From: Mobula hypostoma
Taxonomy: Eukaryota
DNA length: 64,000 nt
Assembly (NCBI RefSeq): GCF_963921235.1
Contig: NC_086108.1
Coordinates: 69,380,001 to 69,444,000 of the forward strand
Direction: 5' to 3'
In this document: positions 12,649 to 27,300 of the stretch, one piece after another
How positions within the stretch are numbered: position 1 is the first letter of the stretch
Layout of the letters: each line of letters begins with the position of its first letter
Program-made: the position numbers and the translations under genes
The notes under the pieces: generated by a model
Seen by the model: the letters and a program-made list of their open reading frames with translations, nothing else
What the model was told of the DNA's origin: nothing
The model's database searches: none

Positions 12649-12732
12649 CATTCAGATAATTGCCATGGAATCCTCATATCCATTTTAGGGGGCAGAAAAT
12701 GGATATGATATTCCATGGCAATTGTCTGAATG
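12649..12732. repeat. Near-perfect inverted repeat (84-nt hairpin)
   Basis: 38/37-nt arms CATTCAGATAATTGCCATGGAATCCTCATATCCATTTT and AAAATGGATATGATATTCCATGGCAATTGTCTGAATG around a 9-nt loop. Confidence 0.9.
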
Positions 12733-14266
12733 TTTGATATCTTCATAGTCATAAAGTTGCAAGATGGAACCTCTGATTTTGTTATTGCCTGTAAGCAACT
12801 TCTCTTCCCTCTTCCCAATAAAATCTCATTTTGAGGTTCTCAAGGATGGTCACTACAATGCTCCCCATAGCTTTCTACTGTAACCAGAGCCTAAAGTCAG
12901 GATCCAAGCTCATCTCTCAAAACCAACTCTACTTTTGTCAGAAAAAAATGGTGAATTCAGCAGACAGCTTGAGTATGAACAAGTCACGAGAGTCCTTTGA
13001 ATGCATAAAGAAGTTTTGATGACAGCCGCATACTATCTGTAATTCTAGGGAATAACAGCTTTACAATCAATAAAGAGCTTGGGTTAAGATGGAAACAGAT
13101 GTTCATGAATGCAATCCACTACTCTGAACTTTATGCAAAGTTCAGTCTTGGCAAATCCACGTAGTCATGGTACCTTCAGATCTCTATCAGAGAAGAAGAG
13201 GTATTCTCCTCTCTGTTCAGCAAACATCCACAATGTTTTACATACAGTGGTCAGCTACAGCTGGCAACATGTAATGTATTTCACCCATTAATGCATGGAA
13301 TCCAGAGGTGACAGGTTCAGGGTGAGATTTATATTCAGCTCCAAAGAATTGTACAGGGTTGGAACTCTGTTAACAGATGGTCACAGCTCTCAGTCATCAT
13401 TAATTGAGGAAAGACCATTGCTCATCAGAGGAAAGGACTGTAGCTCTCAAACCTCTGGGGCACAGGTAACCCTAGCAGCCTTTCCCTTATCCTTAGGCCT
13501 GCTTTGTGGGAGATTTCTTGATCGTGGCTGCTCTCTCCAGCTTGAGGCCAAGGATATCACAGCCAAAGACCACTGTGCTTTTAGCCAAAAGAAAGGCTTT
13601 ACTTTCAAATTACTTCTGAATGTCCAGAAGCACTGCAGCACCGTGTTCACAAGGTCTGCTCTGACTGACATTCAAAGAACTGATGACTACTTTAAACAGC
13701 ACAGGTGTAGACCTTCCTCCTACTGACCAAACCCGATTTCCTATGTTTGGTTTACTGGATGGTATCTGCATACACATGAATAACTTTCATTAGGGAAGTA
13801 TCAATCGGGCATTAGCTAAGAATTGGCATCACCTCTACTCCTTCAGTCCAAAGTTCTATTTTATTTAAAAGGGCATTAAGGACATAATATAATTCAACCC
13901 TATGCGGCTTAAAATACAAGCACCGCACACTTGAACTTCAAAGCCATATTCTCTGGAGGTTGCATTATTAGTCCAAACCAGTGAATTACGTTAATAGTAT
14001 AACTATAGCACAACAGAGCAGTGAGAGTTAAAACATCACACGCCAGTCTGAGGTAATTTTAAGCTCACTTTACAAAGCTGAATGCCCAGAGATCAGAATT
14101 CTCAACATTATCAAAATCAATAGGAGAAACACAAGATTCAGAAAAATTTTATTAAACTGATGGTCTATTTAAAACCTGCAGGCACATCACTGCCTTACAG
14201 GTCCCCCTCCTTTTTCTGTGTTATCAAATACGTCATTTTACGTGAATTTCTCAAGAATGAACATAC

Positions 14267-14378
14267 CTGGCGCACAATCAAGTCCCCTCTCAGCACTGTT
14301 GAGTGTCTCAAGCATGCCTTCTGTCAGATCTTGATGTTTACCGATTACTGTATAGCCATTCCAAATGTACATCATTTC
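14267..14378 (-). CDS. TTC39A: TTC39A coding exon (EMMYIWNGYTVIGKHQDLTEGMLETLNSAERGLDCAP)
   Basis: tttcag acceptor, gtatgt donor, 112 nt. Confidence 0.95.
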
Positions 14379-14539
14379 CTGAAAAAAGAATGGGTTAAAT
14401 TGTATCTCTTTTGTTATGTGGCAATCCATTATGGTTACAAATCTGAAATCTTATTTCCAGTTAAATTAAGTGACATTTCCCCAAAGAAGGTGGTGGTGTT
14501 AGGTGTCTTGAAAAATGAAAAATATTAAGTAGATGTTTC

Positions 14540-15795
14540 CAGAACCTCGTAGAATCTATTCCAAGACTCTGAGGGAGTCAAAGGAGGAGATTGGTGGGGC
14601 CTTTACAGAGATCTTGATATTCTACTTAGCCAAAGGCAGGTTCCAGAAAACTAGAGAATAGTCATAGTTGTACAATTGTTTAAGAAGGGCAACAGGGATA
14701 ATACAGGAGATTATAGACTATTGGGCATTACATCAGCGGTAGGTAAATTACTGAGGAGTCTTCAGGGCAGATTCAGAAAAGCAGAGACTTATTAGGAAAA
14801 CTCAGCATAGCTTGGTGCAAAGGGTGTCCTGTCTCACAAATATGACTGATTTTTTTCAGGAAGTGACAAAGGTGACCGAAGAGAGTCGGAAAATGGATGT
14901 TGACTATACAGACTTTAGTAAAGCATTTGACCAGCTCCATCTTAGTGGACTGGTCCAGAAGACTAGGTTGCATGGGAACCATGGTGACTTGACAAGTTGG
15001 ATACAACATTGCCTTGGTCGTAGAAGATAGAGATAGCAGTATTTCTCTGACTGGAAGTCTGTGACCAGTGGTGTTTAGCAAGGACTAGTGCTTGAACCTC
15101 TTGTTTGTGATTACATATAAATAATGTGGATGAAAACATAGATAGTCTGATTAGCAAGTTTGAAGATGACACAAGAAGTTGTGAGTGGTGAGGAATGGTG
15201 TCAAAGGATCCAGATCAATTGAAAATTTGGAGAGAGAAATGAAATGGATTTAATGAGAACAAGTATGAACAGGTTATGCATTTTGAGAAGTCAAATTCAA
15301 GAGGGAAGTTTAGAGTAAATGGCAGGGCCCTAGGAACTTTGATGTATAGAGGGATCTTGGGACACAAGTCCTTAGCTATTTGTAAGCAGCAGCACCCATG
15401 AACAGTAGTAAAGAGGTGTATGATGTGCTTGTCTCATTGGTCAGACAAGAATTGGCAAATCAAGATGCAGCTGCATAGTTAGGCCACATTTGGAGTATTG
15501 TGTGCACTTAAGGTCTCCATACTCTTGGAAAGACGTGGAGGCTTTGGAGACCGTGCAGAAGAGGTTCTCCAGGATGTTGCCTGGACCAAAGTGCATTATC
15601 TACAAGCAGAAGCTAAGGAGTGACCTGATGAAAAGATCTCAGATTATGAGAGGTGTTGATAAAGTTCAGTAATCTTCTTCTTAGAGTGGGAAAGTCAAAT
15701 ACTAGAGGGCACAGGTTCAAGGTTAGAGGGAGAAATTTTAAAATAGATGTGTGGAGCAAGTTATTTTTACACAAGCAGTGCTAGGTGCCTGGTTT
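14540..15795 (+). mobile_element. Decayed CR1 LINE RT fragment
   Basis: SCLTNMTDFFQEVT, YTDFSKAFD and LETVQKRFSRMLPG motifs; boundaries approximate. Confidence 0.85.
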
Positions 15796-16376
15796 GTTGA
15801 GCAATAGTTGCATTACTGACATAGTTCAGAGGTTTGAACTAATAATGCAGCTTCCAGAGAACATGGCTTCAAAGTTCAAGAACGTGATGCTTGTATTTTA
15901 AGCAGCACTGGGTTGAATTATAGCATGTCCCCTTTGCCCATTTATACAAGATGGAACTTTTGACTGTCTGGTTCTACATACACCATGCCCATGTGCCCAA
16001 GAAGCAGAAGTGATGCCAATTCTTGGCCGCTGCGTTGTCAGGAGAGGTGGTCAAAGAGGCATTTAGACATATCTGAACAGAAAGGGACTGGACGACACAG
16101 ACTAACATGAAGTAAAATGAAATTAGTTACATTAGCATCATGCTCAGTGCAGACTTGGAGGGCCAAAGGACCTGTTCCTACCCTGTATTGTTCCAAGTTT
16201 TATGTTAAACTCCATAATCTGAAGAGGAATGAATGGTTCACATGCAAAAGTCATACACATGATCAAACTTGCTATCTTTTGGTGTGTTCGGATAATGCAA
16301 AGCAAGAAAGCAAGAAAATTAGTTGTAGTATGTTTATACTGACAAAGAACAGCTTCACCCATAAAATTACATTTTA

Positions 16377-16751
<375 letters not shown>

Positions 16752-17489
16752 CTATGGAGGTGGGTGAAAGGGATGGAAATGTCAACATTTTTGGTCAAGG
16801 AGATTCTGGATTTGGCCTTTGCTGGACTTCAACCTGAAGCATTGCCATTTCACCCCACCACCACTCCCCCACAATTCTGCCCGAAATTCGAGTTTCTCCA
16901 GCAGATTGTTTGCTCCAGATTCCAGAAACTGCAGTATCTTGTGACTCTGTAATAACATTTGATACCTGTGCTTTTCAGCTACTGAACATAAGGATGATAA
17001 GGAATTTTCATTATTCAGAAACATTATAATGTACAGCAGTACCCTGTCGAGGCAGCTCTTCAGTTACTGAAATGGAGACTGAGCTGGCACACGAGGAGTG
17101 CAGCAATCTTTCATATACAACTGCAGCAAGTTCACTGCACTTCATCTACAGCTTCCTTCAATGCTATTATTTATTTGTTATCTCTTAAAATTGGTCTCTG
17201 CCTCAATATCTCTTCATGCCAACAACTACTCCTGCAAGCGATTCAAATGTTACTGTCTCTGGATATAGATTCCACTTAAAACTAACTACTTCAGAAAGAA
17301 CAAATTGTGTTTTTGTCTACAAAATGTAGTTGAGAATTACTATGTAAATAGATGAAGTTGTCAGTGTGTTGATTGTATATATACAGATTGCCCCTTTTGG
17401 AGAGGCAGAGTATCACTGACAACTTCTGATCTTCTAGGTTCAACTTTGCACGTGAACATCAGAAGTCAAAATGCTTCTACTGAAAGTAT

Positions 17490-18520
17490 CCACCTAGTGG
17501 TCACTTTTTTGGGCACACCTGTACACCTGCTCATTAATGCAAATATATAATCAGCCAATCATGTGGCAGCAACTCAATACATAAAATGACATGGACATGG
17601 TCAAGTGGTTCAGTTGTTGTTCAGACCAAATATCAGAGTGGGGAAGAAATGTGATGCAAGTGAGATCATGGCCTGAAACGTTGACTGTACCTCTTCTTAG
17701 AGATGCCGCCTGGCCTGCTGCATTCACCAGCAACTTTGATGTGTGTTGAGTGATTGCTGGTGCTGGATGGGGAGGTTTGAATATCTCAGAAGGGGCTTTT
17801 CTCCTGGGGTTTTCTTGCATCAACTCGGTGAAGGACATTCTTTGGTCGGCTCGAAACTTGATGATCTACCAGCACATGGAGATGTCCGTGGGAGAATGCT
17901 GCCGACTGGCACATTCTCGGCTGCAGGAGTATGTGCTGAGGGACGCACTGAAACTCGGTGCAGCCACTGCAAGGGCCCGGTGGGGAAGGACCACAGTATA
18001 GGTTTCTCCACCCATGGGAGTAGGAGGGGTCGGGTGGCGGGGAGTATACCCCTTAACAATGATGTGGTAAGGTGAACAACTGGAGTGCCACGTGGGTGGC
18101 CATAAGTACGGATATGTACTGACCATAATGGAAACGTATGTAAAGGATGGAAAGTTATTGAATGGTTTATTGTATATAATTTTATTTTTGAATAAAGTAT
18201 ATTTTGAAATTTTAAAAAACGGTCTCTAGAGTTTTCAGAGAATGGTGTGAAAAACTAAAAAACATCTAGAGAGCGGTGATTCTGTGGGAATGGGAATAAA
18301 GCCCCTTGCTAACAAGAGGTCAGAGGAGAGTAACCAGACTGATCAAAGCTGACAGGAAGGTCACTTTAACGCAAATAACATCACATTACAACAGTGGTAT
18401 GCAGAAGAGCATCTCTGAGTGCACATGTTGAACCTTGAAATGGAGGGGTTACAGCAGGAAAAGACCGTGAACATACACTCAGTAGCCTCTTTATTAGGTA
18501 CAGGAGATACAGTGGCCACC
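17490..18520. mobile_element. Tc1/mariner-type non-autonomous DNA element interrupted by Penelope and Tx1 fragments
   Basis: Ends resemble agtggccactttattaggtaca; internal sequence resumes after the inserted Tx1 A-rich tail. Confidence 0.55.
17746..18219 (+). mobile_element. Tx1/L1-like LINE 3' end
   Basis: ORF end SVKDILWSARNL...RLQEYVLRD...ARARWGRTTV*, then 3' UTR, AATAAA and A-rich tail; a second copy of this UTR is reversed at about 34005-34165. Confidence 0.65.
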
Positions 18521-20016
18521 AAAAGTGTACTTTGCCTGTTCTTTTTACTTTCTTAATATAACAGTGCTGGAAGTTTTAGGTGAAAAAGCTCAGTTTCTTG
18601 GCAAAGCCAGTTATATTGATATTTGAGTTGTGGCCTTTAGTTACCATGGGAATAGTGCCACCAGGGGGAGCACATCACTGGGGGATATTAGTTCATCATT
18701 CATTTGACGTTCAGGCCACAGTCTATGCTGGCTCTCAGTACTTTCCCCACCAATCCCATTCTCTCACTTATTTCCCTCCAAGTCTTACCTATCCTCTTCC
18801 ACAAGTCCATCAGCTCCCCTGACTCCCTTGCAATCCACTACAGCTGCATTTTAGAGTAGGTAATTAATTTAACATAATTTTTACTGATAGAATTCTGCAA
18901 TCTATCTAAATGATTACTTATATGATTTTGCTCTGTGTCTTTTATAATTCAAGGGTTTATTTGCAAGTACTTAAATGTTGCAAAGCTTCAATTCTTCATG
19001 TTGTGCTACAAGATCTGGCAGGTTTACTTAATGAAACGTGGGCATTTACAACATATTGAGGAACTAACCTAAGACCTGAAACTCACTCCACATGCCCCTT
19101 CAAAGGTGATAATATCACAATAATCAAGGAAGCACAATCAAATCTTCCTGAAACACTTCTAGAGTTGATAATCCCCAAGATTACTGCAAACATCTCATTT
19201 TATAACTTGCTACAGATGTTCTCAAAATAAATTTCTGATTGCACCTAACAATATAAAGAGGCAGGGAAATGACACTACTTCAATTCTGAAACGCATGACC
19301 AATGTGCAATATACCCTACTGGAAAGATGGTTTTGTTCATTTGTTTTATTCAGATTTGTCAGAGACCCTATACAGTTGAATACCTTGCTTATCTGTAAAG
19401 AGTGGCCAAATCACAAAAAAAAATTGCTAGCCAAGGAAGGAGTTAGTAGAGTTTAGGGAGAAAAAGAAAATATCAACAAAACAGAGCTCCCATGTACTCC
19501 AAATTTGGATGTGATTTCCTTTCCAAGTTTTTATCCATAGATACTCAATTACAACTGAATGGATAAGGGTAATCTTTTTCCAACAATCATTTAAACTCAA
19601 GTTATTAATTGGGAATATTTGAACATATTTTAGCAGTTTCCTGAAGGAATAGATGTGTAAAATGTGGTATCTATTTCACTAAGTAGATCAACAGTCAGCT
19701 AACAGAAAGTTGTTTTTAAGGTAATCAACTAGTCAGCAGGAAGAGCAGTTTCTTCTAGCACGCAGGAACTGCATAATGTATGTCTGAATGCAGTAAAGTA
19801 TTTAATATTCTTTACAAATAATTAATATATTTAAAAACTGATCATATATTTGTATTGTAAGTCAGCAACAGGTCATAAAAACATTGTACAGGATTAAAGG
19901 ATCAACCTTTTTTCACCATATACATTTACACATATTGGGAAATTTCTGTGGTGCTGTATCTAAATATAACGAAGCTATAACTGAAACATATAAAGACAAG
20001 CATGTTAACTCACTTA

Positions 20017-20109
<93 letters not shown>

Positions 20110-22565
20110 CTATGTTGATATGGAAAAATAAAACTTTTAATTAAGTAATATTTTAACGTACTGTTTGTTTCTGCCTCTTTAGTAACTTTTTCCTCCTAGG
20201 TGATTTTATTTTACATTACTGAAATAACAGAACATATTTATTCCAGCATTTGGAAAGGCCATTGAAATACAATTCTAATTTATAATTACAGGTATTATAA
20301 ACAGATCTAATTTATAAAATCATTTAACAATAAGAATGAGTTGCCATGTTACCTTTGTCACAGTGGCACATTTAAAGAATTTTCATTGTTAGTTTATTTC
20401 ATTACAGCCATCTGGATTAGATTCAAATCTGCTTCTACAAGGATACAACATATTTTCCCTGTTGCCTAAAGAAGAAGACATGGATTGATCTTACAGGCGT
20501 CCTGCTAAATTTAAACATTGTGAGGATTGGTGATCAAGGCTGTTCTGATGAACATCATCTATCACCAGATCAAGGTAGATGCCACCCTCCCAGTCTCATT
20601 TGGTGGAGAGTGCTTTTCATTTTGATACATTCTAGATTCTTCAAGCTGATATTTTATCTTCCCCATGGTCCTATGGTTTTCTGTTGGTGAACTCGCAGAA
20701 AGGGGCACTTGGTTTCCCTAGTTCTAAATGTTATAACCATTAGAAGTTGAATAAGAGAGTATCATTGATGAAGGTCTCTTCATTGCAAGTGGTAAATGTG
20801 TGAGGAATAAAATATAAGAACAGTTATAGTTAAAGTCATTGTTTACCCGAAACAGTAACAATCTACAATTGCCACCAGCAACATTCTGCCAGTCATCATT
20901 GATGAGAAACTCCTATAAAATGCTTGGTATTCTGCAGCAGGTGATTCACCTCTTTACACCTCTCCACCATCTACTTGGCACACATCAGGAGCATGACTGC
21001 ATACTGGATGAGCTTTGCTACGGCACAGCACTGAAGCCCAATTGATTGGCACTCCATCTACTATCATAAACAATCATTCACTCCAGAACGCACACTGTCT
21101 TCCAAAATGCACAGCAGTAATTTGCCTAGGCTGCTCTTATAGCACCTCACTAATTTATGACTGGAACCAGATGGACAAGGCAAGGCAGTAGAGGTGTAAA
21201 GGAACTAAAAAGAGGTGGTGTTCCCAAGTCAGATTTGGAAACGTATCCCATTCCTGTATCATTGTTGAAGCTAATCTTGTTCAAGTGCGTGATGGGAGTA
21301 TCTCGTCAGATGGTTGGTGATGGCAGCAAGGGATGGCCAATGAATGCTGGCCTTACCAGCAATGCCTTCACTCCATAAATAAAAGGAAAACATTGACAGA
21401 TTGAAATTGATTAATTACAATTCCTTTTGGAGTTATTAGCAACTTGACAGGCAAATGACAAACAAGAACGAGTAAAAGCAATGTTTTAAGCTGTATTGCT
21501 AAAATGAATAAAAATTAAAACTCAGCCTATGAATCAGTGGCAGTCCTGTGAAGTTTGTCCCCTCAATATGTGGAAATCAGAAAATGGTACAAACTTTAAA
21601 CACAAATTCTGAAATAAAAATGGAAAATTCTGGAAACATTCAGCAGGACAGGCAAATGCTGGCAGAGCTATTGCTGCAAGTTGATAATTAGTAAACTGAA
21701 ATATAAACATCAGTGTGCTAAGAGTCCCGGTCTTTATTTTTTTTTATTCCACCTCTAGAGCAAATTTGCTTCATGATTTATGGATATTATGCAATTTCCC
21801 AAACAATATACTTCAATGCCAGTGCTCCAAGGCAGATTCCACTGGCTGAGCAGCACAAGTTCTGACAGTGGGTCAAGGAATGCTGTGCTCTGCTGGCACG
21901 ATAGCTCACGGCTAATCAGCAATGGCCTACACACTGACAGCAGGAGTCTAAAGAATGGTGCAAGTTCATTTACTAAGGCAGCGTGGTCGGCTTACCATTG
22001 CCAATGTCAGTCTTGAGCAGTTTTTGGTGTGAGCTCGAGGAAATTTGGAAAGGCATTGGCTTCCTTGCTGGATTAATAGATCATTGCAAATGTCATTTTA
22101 CAGATTATTTTATTCAAAATTCTCTCTGCACTGATAATGCTAAACAAAATTAGGATTTGTCACTGGAACCCATGAAAAGGCAAAACCTTTTCTCATAAAA
22201 CATAGAACAGTACAGTACAGGAACAGACCCTTTGGCCCATAACATTGTTCCAAACCAATTAATTAGTAATCAAATGGCTAATTTAACTAATCTCTTCTAA
22301 TTACAAAATGTCCATATCCTTCCCTTTTCCTCACATTCATGTGCCTATCTTCCCTACCACTGACTTAAGACTCACCGGTCTACAGTTCCCAGGATTATCC
22401 TTGCTTCCCTTCTCGAAAAACGAAACAACATTAGCTACTCGCCAGTCCTCCGGGCTGGCGAGCTAAGTTCTAGATGCAACATTTGAACCCAAGCCACAAC
22501 AGTGTTGTATACGCCAAAGCACAAATGTCAAAGTCTGCCCAGTGTCTGAGGGAGCATGCAGATTA

Positions 22566-22892
<327 letters not shown>

Positions 22893-23324
22893 TTATTTCA
22901 TTTGGTTCAAAATTGATAGCTGCTTTTTAAAGAGCCTGGATGTAAATTTGGTAACTAGGGAGAAAGAAAAGCACATAGTTTATACTTAACTAGCTTTTTC
23001 TTATTCTGGGAGAAGTTTGTCAGGAGTAGGGAGGATGTGGGATATCATTATTTTAGGTTGCTTTCAGTCACCAAAGGGAAATATATATGTAACCAAGAGC
23101 AGCAGTGATTCAAATGAACAGACTACGCAAAGCAAAATGGATGTAGAAATAGCTCCACACAATTTTTTGTCAGTTTGTCACCCTAACACTGTTAGTGAAA
23201 CTTGCATAAAGGTTGGAGCTTCACAGAGCAGTGTTGTTAATTTTCTGTGTGTAACACATTCCCCATTGATATGTTGCAAGTTAAATGCGTCACAGCAGGT
23301 GAATTACTTTCAGAGAGGACTCCC

Positions 23325-24070
23325 ACAGGCGGAGAGGGTCAGTAACTTTAAATTTCTGGGTGTCACTATCTCAGAGGACCAGTCCTGGACCCATCATATA
23401 AATATAATTGCAAAGAAAGCACAACAGCAACTCTACTTCCTCAGGAGTCTGTGGAGATTCAGCATGTCATCGAAACTCTTGGCAAACTTCTATGGGTGTG
23501 CAGTGGAAAGTGTGCTGACTGGCTGCATTACAGCCTGGTAATGGGACACCAATGCCTTTGAGCGGAAAATCCTACAAAAGATAGTGGATTCGGCCCAGTA
23601 CATCGCGGGTAAAGCCCTCCCAACCATTGAGCACATCTACATCAAATGTTGTCATAGAAAAGCAGCATCCATCATCAAGGATCCTCACCACCCAGGCCAT
23701 GCTCTTTCCTTGCTGCTGCCAGCAGGTAGAAGGTACAACTGCCTCAGGACTCGCACCACCAGGTTCAAGAACAGTTACTACCCCTCAACCCTCGGTCTCT
23801 TGAACAAAAGAGGATAACTACACCTATTCTGTTTCTGCTGTTCTCACAGTCGATGATCTCACCTCAAGGGCTCTTTATCTTGTTATTTCACGCTCTCATT
23901 ATTTATTGCTACTTACTTATATCTACGTTTGTACAGTTTGTTGTTCATTGATCCTGTTTACCATTACTGTTCTGTAGATTTGCTAAGTATACCCGCAGGA
24001 AAGAGAACCTCAGGGTTGTATGTGGTGACATGTATGTACTCTGATGATATATTTTACTATGAACTTTGAG
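23325..24070 (+). mobile_element. Rex1/Babar-type LINE 3' fragment
   Basis: VSNFKFLGVTISED..W..H...IAKKAQQQLYFLR, FYGCAVESVLTGCITAW, DPHHPGHAL..LLPAGRRY motifs. Confidence 0.8.
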
Positions 24071-24307
24071 ATCAAAGTGTCAGAGTGCAGTAAGCAACAG
24101 CTCCATCTACTGGACACAGTCACCAGTGGTTCAATGGATTCTGCAGTGATGGCAGTGCGGTTGGAGAGTGTTCGTGAAGGGGTCAGAGTGGCCCCAACAT
24201 AAAATCTGCAAAAGAATTGTTTTTTCTGTATGGAGGCCACAGATCATACTGAGAACAACAAATGGAGTATCGCTGTTACACATTTTAATGGTGTGGTTTT
24301 AAGCAGA

Positions 24308-27300
24308 TCTTTCAACATCATACAACCTCCTCCAGGTGACCCAGCCGGGGCTGATCAGACCCCAGCTTGTGTCCAGATGGCTAGCTACTTATGACTCCAT
24401 GGCTCCCCTCTTTTGAGCCACAGCCATCTTGGGGCCCTCTCTGCCGCATCGGTGGTACTGCGGATGGCTCTCCTCTTCCTCTCTCCCTCGATGCCCAAAA
24501 TGCTGAAGGCTCTAACTAAAGAACGGGCTACGAATCCCCTACAACCAACCTCCACTGGGAGACACCTCGCTCCCCATCCAGCCTGCTGACAGTTGCTGAC
24601 CAGTCCTGCGTACTTGGAGAGCTTCCTTTCAAAGGCCTCTTCCAAGCTATCTTCCCATGGGACTGTCAGCTCCAGCAGCACCACTTGCAGACTCAGACAC
24701 TAGGACAATGTCTGGTCGCAGGGTGGTGGCTGCGATATGGTTGGGGAGCTTCCGCTGCCCTTCGAGGTCCACCAACAGTTGCCAGTCCCTTGCAGAGGTC
24801 AGGATGTCTGCAGATGTTCTTTTGGTGGGTATTGGCTGCTCCCCAGCTCTGACAAAGGCAATGGTCTGCTTGGAGGGTCGGGACCGCTTCGCCCACTCAA
24901 CTCCTGCACTGACGGCTTCAGCGATGGTCTTCAGGACCCGATCATGCCTCCACCTGTACCGTCCCTCACCAAGTGCCCTTGCACAGCCGCTGAGGATGTG
25001 CTCCAGGGTTCCTCGCTTGGAGCACAGTGGGCACGCAGATGACTCTGCCTTGCCCCATGTGTGCAGGTTTGATGGGCTTGCAAGCACATCGTACACTGCC
25101 TGGATGAGAAATTGGATGCGGTGTAGTTCGGCTTTCCAAAGATCAGCCCAGGTCACTTTCCTTTCAACTACATTCTCCCATCTTGTCCAAGTTCCCTGTT
25201 GCTTCATTCCCACCGCCTTGCAGGCTCTCATCTCCTCTACTACTGCTCTCACCTCCTCCTGAACTAGACGACGCCTTTCCTTCCCTCTGGTGCCCATTTG
25301 GGGAGTTGGAAAGGATCCTAGCCCAGCTCGGCCTTGTGTGACCACTCCCACCAGCCTCCTGTGACGCAGCCTCGCCTCTGCCTCCTGAACAGCTTCCTCT
25401 GCCCTCCACTTCCTGCCAGTACTTACTTGGATCCCTGCTCTAGCCACCTTCGGGTCACTTGAGTCCCTATACTGTAGCACTTCTCTGGCTCTTGTTACCT
25501 TGAATTCTTCCTCCAAGGATTTGAAGGGCAGTTGCAGTTTGTTGTGGTGTCCATAGAGTGCGATGCTGCTCAGGCTCTTTGGCAGCCCCAGCCATCTCCT
25601 GAGGTGGTTGCTAACCCTCCTCTCTAAGGTTTCGACTGTCGAGATCTGAACTGCATCGACGAGGAGGGGCCACAGGATTCTGGGAAGAATGCCATGCTGA
25701 TATACCCAGGCTTTAAACTTCCCAGGTAGGCCAGACTTGTCCACAGATTTCAGCCAGCCATCCAACTCGGTGCAGGTTGCCTGAATGGATGTTGTGTCCC
25801 TTAAAGAGATGTTAAAAACTTTGCTTAAGCTCTTGACTGGCTTTTCTGTGATGGTTGGGATGGCTGTGCCTGCGATGCTGAACCGGAACTTGTTCTCCAC
25901 TTTCCCTTTCCTCAGCACCTTTGATCTTGATTTGGCAGGTTTGAAACGCATCCGGGCCCACTCCACCAGCTTTTCGAGCCCTTGCAGAATCCTCCGGCAG
26001 CCTGGGACTGATTCTGTGGTGACTGTGAGGTCATCCATGAATGCCCCGATAGGTGGTTGCCGTTGAGTGGAATTCATTCTGGGCCCTCTGCGCTCTGGTT
26101 CAGCAGACTTAGTGAGCATGTTCATGGCTAGGGAGAAGTGTCAGTGAGATAGTGCACCCTGTGATGATACCGATCTCCACCTTGTGCCAGGTTGACGTAA
26201 TTGCTCCTGAAGAGACCTTCATCCTGAAGTTGCTGTACTAATCAGCGATAAGGTCTCTGATTCTGCTGGGGACCTGATATTTGGTCAGTGTGAGCTGCAC
26301 CAGCTTGTGTGGAATGGAGCCATATGCATTTGCCAGGTCGAGCCACAACACTGACAGGTTGCCCTTGTTCTCTCTGGCCTCCCTGATGAGCTGTGTCACC
26401 ACACCGATGTGCTCCAGACAGCCCGGCATCCCTGAAATGCCACCCTTCTGGACTGATGTATCAATATAGGTGTTCTTTGCTAGGTAGGTGCACAGCCGGT
26501 TAGAAACTGCACTGAAGAAGATCTTCGCCTCAACACACAGCAGGGAGATGATGTGAAACTGATCTATCTGGGTGGCATTTTTCTCCTTCGGGATCCACAC
26601 CCCTTCAGCCACTCTCCACTGTTCTGGGATCTTCCCCCTTCTCCAGAAGATTCTCAGGATCTTCCACAGACGCAGCAGGAGTTTGGGGCAATTCTTGTAC
26701 ACTTTGTACGAGGTGTTGCTTGGTCCTGGAGCCGAGCTTGCCCTTGCTTTGCAGACAACCTCTCTGAGTTCCATTAGTTGCAGCTCTGACATGTCGAACT
26801 GCACATCCGGTTCAGGTGGGTCTATTAGGATGTCGCACTCTCCCAACTCCTGATCTCTTTCAGGTTCATTATATATCTTCTTCAGATGTTGGTCTATGTC
26901 TTCCTGCGAACAGGTCAGTTTCCCACTGCGCTTCTCCCCCAGCAACTCCTTGGTGAACTTGAAGGGGTTAGCGATAAAGGCAGCACGTTTTCGGGCCCTT
27001 TCACGACGCTGCCTCCAATGCCACTCTGCCCAGCGGAGGACCCTGATCTTCTTTCGTAGTATGCACATCAGCTGGGCCAAGCCAATGCGCTCCTCTTCTC
27101 CTGCCTCCTTGTATTGGGACTTCAGCGCTTTCATCTCCTGCCTGATGTTGTGGATCCTCAATGCTCTTCAGTTCTTCGAGTAAGATGTTTTGGAGCCTTC
27201 CTTCTCCTCTTCTCCGAACCGTTCAGCTGTGATACTGACAATAATTGTTGTCATGGCTTGCAGCTTCCTATCAACCCCTCCCTTCGCCGTTGCCTCCAGA

